Positions 57,183 through 64,000 of a DNA stretch of 64,000 nucleotides are shown here, piece by piece. A model generated the notes under the pieces. The model did not search any database, was not told the DNA's origin, and saw only the letters and a program-made list of their open reading frames with translations. This DNA comes from a virus, in the IMG/VR virus record IMGVR_UViG_3300028920_000059, positions 1-64,000 of that record; one strand, written 5' to 3'. The position numbers were made by a program, and so were the translations under genes. Every line of letters begins with the position of its first letter. Position 1 is the stretch's first letter.

Positions 57183-58679
57183 ATGCCTAATGTTGACGCA
57201 ACTGCCGAGGACCTGAAGTACGTGACTAAGGATGAGCTAGAGGCGTCTATCTGCCAGGACAGCTTCTATGAATTCGTCCAGCGCTTCTGGGATGTTGTCA
57301 TTCCCGAGAAGCCAATCTGGAATTGGCATATCGAAGTCATCTGCGATGAGATGCAAAAGGTTGCCGAGCGGGTGTTTGCAGGATTGCCTAAAGAGAATGA
57401 CCTGCTGATCAACGTCCCGCCTGGTAGTTCAAAGTCAACTGTGTGCTCTATCATGTTCCCGGCGTGGGTCTGGACGCGAGAACCATCCTTCAGCACGATC
57501 TGCGGTTCATACTCCTACACCCTCGCGGTTGAATTGAGTATGAAGTCACGCGATATTATCCAATCCGATAAATACCAGCGCCTCTGGCCAGACGTTCAAT
57601 TGCGCTTTGACGCCAATCGACTCGACCGGTTCCGCAATATTGACAAGGGGATGCGCTTCACTACTTCAACCGGTGGCACGGTGACGGGATTCCACGGACA
57701 CTTTCTCATCGTAGACGATCCGCTCAACCCGCAAGAGGCTGTGAGCGATGCCGAGTTGAAGAAGGCGAATGATTGGATCGGGCGCACGTTGTCAACTCGC
57801 AAAGTCGAGAAGTCAATCACGCCAACCATCCTCATCATGCAGCGCCTCCACGAGGATGACCCTTCCCAGAATATGCTGGATAAGGCCGAAGAAGGCAAGA
57901 CGACAGTTCGGCATATCAACCTTCCTGCTGAGTATAGCGAAGTCAACAAGAATGAAGTCAGGCCGCGCAGCTTACGCCGTCGCTATACCCCAGACCCCGA
58001 CAAAGAGGGATGGTTCTTGCTGGATCTACAACGGATGGATCGCAAGGTGCTTGAAGAGGCTGAGGCGCAGTTGCTTGAATATGGTTATGCGGGCCAATTC
58101 TTACAACGCCCCGTGCCTCTCGGCGGTGGTGATTTCGATGTTGACAAGATGTTGATTGGTGAACCGCCGGCATCCGATAATGACTGGGTTCGTAAAGTGC
58201 GCTATTGGGATAAAGCGGGTACCCATGCTGGTGGTTGCTTTACGGTTGGCGTGCTGATGGGACTTGATGTCAATAACTTCACGTGGGTGCTTGACGTTAT
58301 TCGCGTCCAGTTGAATAGCTGGGAGCGAGAGCAGTTGATGAAGCAGACGGCGCGCCTCGATGGGGTTGACGTGCGCATCGGTATTGAGCAAGAAGGCGGA
58401 TCCGGTGGCAAGGAGTCCGCAGAGAGCACGGTTCGCAATATGGTTGGGTTCAATGTTGAACCAGATCGCGTAACCGGATCCAAAGAGGAGCGCGCCCGTC
58501 CCTTCCATACCCAAGTCAACGGTGGGGGTGTTCGGTTAGCTCGGGCTGATTGGAACAAAAAGTACAAGGATGAATTACGGATGTTCCCTAATTCAAAATA
58601 TAAGGATCAAGTTGATGCTTCTTCTGGGGCGTTTTCTATGCTATCTTTGACTAACACGAAAAGAGTAGGAGTCTGGTAA
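57183..58679 (+). CDS. terL: Terminase large subunit
   Basis: INVPPGSSKS, GGTVTGFHG, IVDDP, IMQRLHEDD, RYWDKA, EQEGGSGG, FPN..YKDQVDA. Confidence 0.93.
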   Translation: MPNVDATAEDLKYVTKDELEASICQDSFYEFVQRFWDVVIPEKPIWNWHIEVICDEMQKVAERVFAGLPKENDLLINVPPGSSKSTVCSIMFPAWVWTREPSFSTICGSYSYTLAVELSMKSRDIIQSDKYQRLWPDVQLRFDANRLDRFRNIDKGMRFTTSTGGTVTGFHGHFLIVDDPLNPQEAVSDAELKKANDWIGRTLSTRKVEKSITPTILIMQRLHEDDPSQNMLDKAEEGKTTVRHINLPAEYSEVNKNEVRPRSLRRRYTPDPDKEGWFLLDLQRMDRKVLEEAEAQLLEYGYAGQFLQRPVPLGGGDFDVDKMLIGEPPASDNDWVRKVRYWDKAGTHAGGCFTVGVLMGLDVNNFTWVLDVIRVQLNSWEREQLMKQTARLDGVDVRIGIEQEGGSGGKESAESTVRNMVGFNVEPDRVTGSKEERARPFHTQVNGGGVRLARADWNKKYKDELRMFPNSKYKDQVDASSGAFSMLSLTNTKRVGVW

Positions 58680-60232
58680 TGGCTAAGCGAGTAACCAAGG
58701 GTCAGGTTTTCCGCAATGCGTTGGAAAACACAAGCACTCTTACCCCTCTACAACGAGGGTACGTACGGGAAATGATGGCGTTGAACGCCTCCCTGATGCG
58801 TTCCACCCTCCTCAACAAGCTCATTGATGATCGCCGGGACATCGATCTGGAGTGCGGCTATCCTAAGGAGCTCACCACCTCGCAGTACAAACTGCTTTAC
58901 GATCGGGAGGGTATTGCCACTCGCGTCGTGTCCCTGTTCCCTGAGGAGTCGTGGGTAGTGGACCCAAAGGTGGTAGAGAACGAGGATACCGAGGAAAGCG
59001 CATTCGAAAAGGCGTTCAACGAGCTAGAGGAAAAGAAGCAGCTCTGGGCCTACTTGGCTAAGGCAGATGAAATTAGTGGCATCGGTTGCTACGGCATCCT
59101 CCTGCTGGGCCTTGATGATGGTAAGGACCTCAAGGAACCGGTGGATGGTGTACCCGAGAATGGTGAGCTTCCCACCGAGGGGAAGGCCACCGAGCATAAG
59201 CTCCTCTACCTACGGGCCTTCGATGAGTCCTTGGTCAATATCAAGGCCACCGAGAAAGACCCCACCAACCCCCGCTTCGGCTTCCCTACCATGTACAGCG
59301 TGAAATTTGAGTCAGTCACCAAGACGCGCACCGATACCGGAGAGATCACGCCAGCAAGCGGCCGGGAGCAACTGGTCCACTGGACGCGGATTATCCACCT
59401 CGCCGATAATCGCAAGGCAAGCGAGGTGTATGGCGTTCCTCGCATGCAGACCCTCTTCAACCGCCTCTACGATATTCGCAAGATCGCCGGTGGTTCTGGT
59501 GAGATGTTCTGGAAGGGCGGCTTCCCTGGCTATTCGTTTGAGATGGATCCCAACGCCAGGGCGCTCACTACTACCGAGAAGGAAACGCTGCAGGATGAAA
59601 CCGCTGCCTACGCCAACGGGCTGCAGCGGTACATCCGCCTCCAAGGCATCACCGTCAATACCTTGGAGCCACAGGTTGCGGATCCTACTGCGCACATTGA
59701 CGTCAACCTGAACCTTATCGCTATCGCCCTAGGCGTACCCAAGCGGGTGTTCATGGGATCGGAGCAAGCGAAGCTGGCCTCCAGCCAGGACTCCAAGAAC
59801 TGGAACAAGCGTGTTGCTCGGCGCCAAAACAAGTACCTCACCCCCTACGTTATCAAGCCCCTTATCGATAGGCTCATGGCTGCGGGTGTGCTTCCGTTGG
59901 TGGTGGAGTATGAAATCCAGTGGCCGGATCTGGACGCCCCGTCCGAGAAGGATAAGGCCGACGTGCTGGATGTGATGACTCAGGCGCTGGCCAAGTACGT
60001 GGGCGGCAACGTAGATATGCTGATCCCGCCCGAGCAGTACCTGGAGATGTTCGCCGGTCTCACCAAGGACCAGATCGAAACTATCATGGACGCCGCAGCA
60101 GAACGGGAGAAAGATCTGGAAGTTGATGAAGAGAAGCGCCGGGTGGAAGAGGCCGCACGCATCGAAGAGGAGAAGCGCCCAGCCAAGCAGCGGCGCCTTG
60201 AAGATCAACTCAAAGAGGATGAGAAAGAATGA
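58679..60232 (+). CDS. Portal protein (DUF1073-like)
   Basis: NPRFGFP..Y, VHWTRIIH, SGEMFWKG, GVPKRVFMG; follows terL. Confidence 0.85.
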   Translation: MAKRVTKGQVFRNALENTSTLTPLQRGYVREMMALNASLMRSTLLNKLIDDRRDIDLECGYPKELTTSQYKLLYDREGIATRVVSLFPEESWVVDPKVVENEDTEESAFEKAFNELEEKKQLWAYLAKADEISGIGCYGILLLGLDDGKDLKEPVDGVPENGELPTEGKATEHKLLYLRAFDESLVNIKATEKDPTNPRFGFPTMYSVKFESVTKTRTDTGEITPASGREQLVHWTRIIHLADNRKASEVYGVPRMQTLFNRLYDIRKIAGGSGEMFWKGGFPGYSFEMDPNARALTTTEKETLQDETAAYANGLQRYIRLQGITVNTLEPQVADPTAHIDVNLNLIAIALGVPKRVFMGSEQAKLASSQDSKNWNKRVARRQNKYLTPYVIKPLIDRLMAAGVLPLVVEYEIQWPDLDAPSEKDKADVLDVMTQALAKYVGGNVDMLIPPEQYLEMFAGLTKDQIETIMDAAAEREKDLEVDEEKRRVEEAARIEEEKRPAKQRRLEDQLKEDEKE

Positions 60233-60498
60233 CCAGAATCAAGCACCTGGTCGTCGGTAAACGAGCCTACCCAACCAACGGTAGCTTCCCTGTTCGTGCG
60301 GGTGAATATGGGATCCACCCATTGAACGATCAGTGGTATGCGCGCACCCCGAACGGCTACTTAGGCTGTCTCTCCGAGCACGAAGTCATCGAGCACGAGG
60401 ATGGGACGATCACCGTCAACCCATCAATCTTGGTAGCTGACGAGAAGCGAACGCTCTGGCATGGGTATCTTGAAAAAGGCATCTGGAGGGAGTGTTGA
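60229..60498 (+). CDS. Small conserved protein (DUF6527-like)
   Basis: ITVNPSIL...WHGYLEKGIW. Confidence 0.55.
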   Translation: MTRIKHLVVGKRAYPTNGSFPVRAGEYGIHPLNDQWYARTPNGYLGCLSEHEVIEHEDGTITVNPSILVADEKRTLWHGYLEKGIWREC

Positions 60499-61562
60499 TG
60501 CTCGACCCCACGCGTACGACGACATTGCGCAAGCAGTATTCAGCAGATATGAAGCGCCGATTTGAAACCGTGCGTAGGGCAACGGTGCGGACAATATATG
60601 ATCTCGATGCTTTGGGCCTCGATGAATCCAAACCACCCGTATTCAATAACCTGATCACCAACGTCAACTTGCCAGAGAGACAAGCCTGGCGCTTTCAAAC
60701 GAATGCGCAAAAGCTGGATTCATTCAATAAGTGGTTCAGCTCCCAAGTTGATCAGGAAATCCTCACGACTAACGTCAAAGGTGATCCATGGACGGCCAAG
60801 TGGGTTGAATCCGCATACAAGAAGGGATCCATACGGGCATATACAGACGCTCACCCCGAGACACTAGCGCCTACGGGTGAATTCTATCTCGGATCGCGTG
60901 CCCAGTTCCTTGAGTCGGCGTTTGCCCGCCCAGAGCGAGTCAGCAAGCTCAAGTTCCTCTATACCCGCAGCTACGAGGACCTGAAAGGCATCACGAGCGC
61001 AATGGGCCAGCAGGTGAGCAGGGTGATGGCCAACGGTATAGCCCAAGGCCAAGGACCCGCCACCATTGCGCGAGAACTTAGCCAAACCATCGATGGAATT
61101 ACTCGGCAGCGCGCATTGGTCATGGCTCGGACGGAAATAATCGCAGCACACGCCGAGGGCCAACTCGACTCGTTCAAGGAGATGAACATCGAGAAGGTGG
61201 GCGTGATGGCCGAGTGGAGCACGGCTGCAGACGAGCGTGTATGCCCACTTTGCGATGAGCTAGATGGTACAGTCATGACGGTAGAAGAAGCGAGAGGGCT
61301 AATCCCTCGGCATCCTAACTGCCGTTGCGCGTGGATCCCCGCCAACGTTGGCGAGAAGCGAGAGCGGGAGCGCCGATTCTGGTCAAAGCGAGAGAAGCAG
61401 CAGCGTATCGACCGGTCGTTGAAGAAGGAGCTACCCAAGCGTACCCGTGCGGGTGACCGCGTGCCTCAGACTGTCAAAGAAGCCAAGAGCCGGTCCACTT
61501 GGGCTGGCAAGAATGTAGAACCCAAGCCACCCCCACTACCCAGTGAAAGGCATCTGTCATGA
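60492..61562 (+). CDS. Head morphogenesis protein (SPP1 gp7 / Mu F-like)
   Basis: RALVMARTE, WSTAADERVCPLC, PRHPNCRC. Confidence 0.88.
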   Translation: MLMLDPTRTTTLRKQYSADMKRRFETVRRATVRTIYDLDALGLDESKPPVFNNLITNVNLPERQAWRFQTNAQKLDSFNKWFSSQVDQEILTTNVKGDPWTAKWVESAYKKGSIRAYTDAHPETLAPTGEFYLGSRAQFLESAFARPERVSKLKFLYTRSYEDLKGITSAMGQQVSRVMANGIAQGQGPATIARELSQTIDGITRQRALVMARTEIIAAHAEGQLDSFKEMNIEKVGVMAEWSTAADERVCPLCDELDGTVMTVEEARGLIPRHPNCRCAWIPANVGEKRERERRFWSKREKQQRIDRSLKKELPKRTRAGDRVPQTVKEAKSRSTWAGKNVEPKPPPLPSERHLS

Positions 61563-61951
61563 CCAAGAAGAAAGAGTCCCTATCCAGTACCCAGCGGCTT
61601 TCCCTGGAATCCACCAAGCGCAATTGGCTACTCCTGTGTCAGCAGTATGCGGCCATGGGACAACTCCTGGCTCTCATGGGCAAGGCTCTGTCGCATCCGT
61701 TGTTCAACAAATCGATGTGCCCCGAGGTGTTCAATCGCATCTTGGACCAGTACCAGGAAATCGGGGAGCAGATGAAGGTGACCGGCACCGACCTGGACAG
61801 CATTGGTGGCGAACCGGTGCACAACGACCTATCCCTCCCCAAGCCCAAGATCGCCCAACGCCCGACGGTGACGAAGGAAAAGGTTGACAAACCTAGCGAG
61901 GCCGATACACGCCCTCATTCCAAGCCCAAGGTGAAGAACACGGATGACTAA
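61559..61951 (+). CDS. Hypothetical protein
   Basis: ATGA overlap. Confidence 0.5.
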   Translation: MTKKKESLSSTQRLSLESTKRNWLLLCQQYAAMGQLLALMGKALSHPLFNKSMCPEVFNRILDQYQEIGEQMKVTGTDLDSIGGEPVHNDLSLPKPKIAQRPTVTKEKVDKPSEADTRPHSKPKVKNTDD

Positions 61952-62144
61952 CCCAGAGCAACAGCAGCTGGAACACCGCAGGTGGGTTGATGCCCTCCTG
62001 GTGAGCGCACAGAATCGCGGTTGGTTCGGAACAATATCTATTGAGATCAAACGCGGTAAGATTGACCTAGTACGCCAGGAGCAAACGTTGAAGCCACCAG
62101 GTCATCCGGGGCACGCTACCGGGGCAGACAAACCTATTTCTTGA
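61944..62144 (+). CDS. Small conserved protein (DUF2292-like)
   Basis: FGTISIEIKRGKIDLVRQEQTLK. Confidence 0.5.
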   Translation: MTNPEQQQLEHRRWVDALLVSAQNRGWFGTISIEIKRGKIDLVRQEQTLKPPGHPGHATGADKPIS

Positions 62145-62153
62145 ATTTCTATC

Positions 62154-62181
62154 TTTACAGAAATCACTTCACTAGTATAAA
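62154..62181 (+). promoter_or_regulatory. Sigma70-like promoter
   Basis: TTTACA-N16-TATAAA. Confidence 0.5.
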
Positions 62182-62222
62182 TACGGTTGTCAAAGAGGAT
62201 GTAGGACTCCACCGAGACAGGA

Positions 62223-62263
62223 AAAGGGGCCACTCCAACAAGGAGTGGTCCCTTTCTTTTTTT
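62223..62263 (+). terminator. Intrinsic terminator
   Basis: AAAGGGGCCACTCC-AACAA-GGAGTGGTCCCTTT followed by CTTTTTTT. Confidence 0.8.
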
Positions 62264-62276
62264 GTAGGAGCAACGC

Positions 62277-63782
62277 TTGAACACTCGCCCATCCCCCAAG
62301 TTGGTGACCAACGAGACAGCAACCCTGGAATCGACCTTCCAGCGTCTGACGTTCAACCTCAAGGCCGAAAAAGCTTCCGTCCGCCACGACAACATGCAGG
62401 GGCGGGATTTTCTCGTGGTGCCGGCGGTCATGATGACCGAGGGTGTGCACCGCGGCAGCGCCGGCCCCCTCTACTACCCTGCCGAAGAGCTTGCCCGCTC
62501 CGCCGAGGTGTGGAACAGCAAGCCGGTCGTTGTGTACCACCCCGAGCGCAACGGCGCCCCCATCTCCGCCAACGACCCCGACATCCTCACCAAGTACAAG
62601 GTCGGTGAGCTGCTCAAGACCCGGTGGGAAGACAACAAACTGAAAACCGAGTGCTGGCTGGAGGAAAGCCGGATCCGGGACGTGGATGATCGGGTTCTCA
62701 ACGCCCTGGATGAAGGCACGATCATGGAAGTGTCCACCGGGCTTCTTGTCGATCAGGACACTACCAGCGGCGAGTGGAACGGTGAGGCCTACGACGGCAT
62801 CGCCCGCAACCACCGCCCCGACCACTTCGCCCTGCTCCCCGACAAGGAAGGCGCCTGCAGCGTCGCCGACGGAGCGGGCCTGCTGCGCAACGCCCTATCT
62901 ACCCTCAACGAGAACGGGCCTGAAGCCCGCTGGGCCGCCCATGCTGCTGTCCTGCTCAACGAACTCAGCCATAGTGAAATTTGGCAAAAGCTCAACGCCA
63001 AGATTTCTGACGAGGCTTGGGTGGAGCAGGTGTACGACGAGTTTTTCGTGTACCACCAGAATGACAAGCTTTGGTATCAGATGTACACCATCAAAGACGA
63101 CGACGAAATCACCCTCGATGGCGTCCGCCAGGAGGCTACTGAAGTCCGGTACTGGAAACTGCCGGACGGAACCATGGTGGGGAATACGGCCCCCGCCAAC
63201 CTCACCAACAATTCCGTGAAGGAGAATACCATGGACCGAGACGAAGTCATCGCCGGCATCATCGGCAACGACAAGCTCCCGTGGAGCGAGGAACAACGCG
63301 AGGTGCTCAACGGCATGACCGACGATCAGCTCAAGTTCCTGGCGGCCAACGGCGAGGAGCCCGAGACCCCGGAGCCCGAGACCCCGGAGCCGGAGCCGGA
63401 GCCCGAGACCCCGGCCGAGGAGAAGCCCACCGACAACCAGTCGGTCGAAGAGTTCATCGCCAACGCCCCCGAGGGCATCCGCGATATGCTCACCGCTGGC
63501 CTGACCGCGCACAATGCGGAGAAGAACGGGCTGGTGGGGAAGGTGCTGGCCAACAAGCGCAACACCTTCACCAAGGAGCAGCTCAACGAGAAGGGCCTGG
63601 ACGAGCTGAAGGCCCTCGCGGTCCTCGCTACCGACCCGGAGCCGGAGACCCCGGTCGGATCGCCGCGCAAGATCCTCAACTTCGCCGGGCAGGCTGAGCC
63701 GGCCAAGCCGGTGGTCAACGCCGGCGAGGAAGAGCCGCTGTCGACGCCCTGCGTCGTGAACCAGGAGACCGAAGACAAGTAA
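62277..63782 (+). CDS. DUF2213-like prohead protease / scaffold
   Basis: WNSKPVVVYHP, EVSTG, RPDHFALLPD..GACS..DG.G; acidic C-terminal scaffold with a strong internal AAGGAG-ATG at 63231. Confidence 0.8.
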   Translation: MNTRPSPKLVTNETATLESTFQRLTFNLKAEKASVRHDNMQGRDFLVVPAVMMTEGVHRGSAGPLYYPAEELARSAEVWNSKPVVVYHPERNGAPISANDPDILTKYKVGELLKTRWEDNKLKTECWLEESRIRDVDDRVLNALDEGTIMEVSTGLLVDQDTTSGEWNGEAYDGIARNHRPDHFALLPDKEGACSVADGAGLLRNALSTLNENGPEARWAAHAAVLLNELSHSEIWQKLNAKISDEAWVEQVYDEFFVYHQNDKLWYQMYTIKDDDEITLDGVRQEATEVRYWKLPDGTMVGNTAPANLTNNSVKENTMDRDEVIAGIIGNDKLPWSEEQREVLNGMTDDQLKFLAANGEEPETPEPETPEPEPEPETPAEEKPTDNQSVEEFIANAPEGIRDMLTAGLTAHNAEKNGLVGKVLANKRNTFTKEQLNEKGLDELKALAVLATDPEPETPVGSPRKILNFAGQAEPAKPVVNAGEEEPLSTPCVVNQETEDK

Positions 63783-63894
63783 GCCCCACCCGTCCATACC
63801 GGACCATCAAGGGAGACCGTCGTCGTGGCGGCTCCCTTGAGGGGGCGAACAGACATACCAGGGGGCCGGTCCCCCGCAGTCAAGGAGTACAACC

Positions 63895-64000
63895 ATGAGC
63901 GACGAAAACCAAGTCCACCTTGTTGGTGACTTTCGGCGCGAGGAGGCGAGGGCCGCGAGCACCATCACCCCCGGCATGTTGATCGAAAAGACCAGTGCTG
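63895..64000 (+). CDS. Head decoration-like protein, truncated by the window end
   Basis: AAGGAG RBS; MSDENQVHL...TITPGMLIE; position after the scaffold. Confidence 0.5.
   Translation, partial: MSDENQVHLVGDFRREEARAASTITPGMLIEKTSA

Noticed and set aside
63807-63840. Hairpin after the scaffold gene as a terminator
   Set aside because: The stem is real (TCAAGGGAG...CTCCCTTGA) but has no U-tract; more likely a stabilising or processing element.
1-64000. Integrase/lysogeny module, tRNAs, rRNA, IS elements
   Set aside because: None recognised by eye; a tRNA scan was not possible.

Overview
This window holds most of a circularly permuted tailed dsDNA phage genome (siphovirus-like). No integrase, tRNA or canonical CRISPR array was seen. 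The + strand from 1 to 21.1 kb carries a fibre-like gene, membrane/lysis-like genes, neck and tail genes (tail chaperone with a -1 frameshift, tape measure) and then a 12-gene glycan-modification block (glycosyltransferases, radical SAM, methyltransferases, three sulfotransferases). The - strand from 21.2 to 51.8 kb carries early and replication genes: split Rad50/Mre11, UDP-xylose synthase, RuvC, 5'-3' exonuclease, RecA, SSB, clamp loader, a TAGT-like glycosyltransferase, a split UDG-exonuclease/PolA, clamp, DnaB, initiator, primase, SNF2, a sigma-like protein and amidoligase/GGCT. The + strand from 51.9 to 64 kb carries UDP-glucose dehydrogenase, a 3D-domain protein, small ORFs, terminase, portal, head morphogenesis and DUF2213-like protease/scaffold genes. 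The most striking element is at 25.8-27.3 kb: a stand-alone Cas7/RAMP-like gene and a partner gene, followed directly by a ~370-bp non-coding array of ~70 GGT-NN pentamers cut into 49-64 nt units by GGCAGGT. This looks like a non-CRISPR, repeat-encoded RNA-guided system. All protein calls come from motif recognition by eye, not from database searches.
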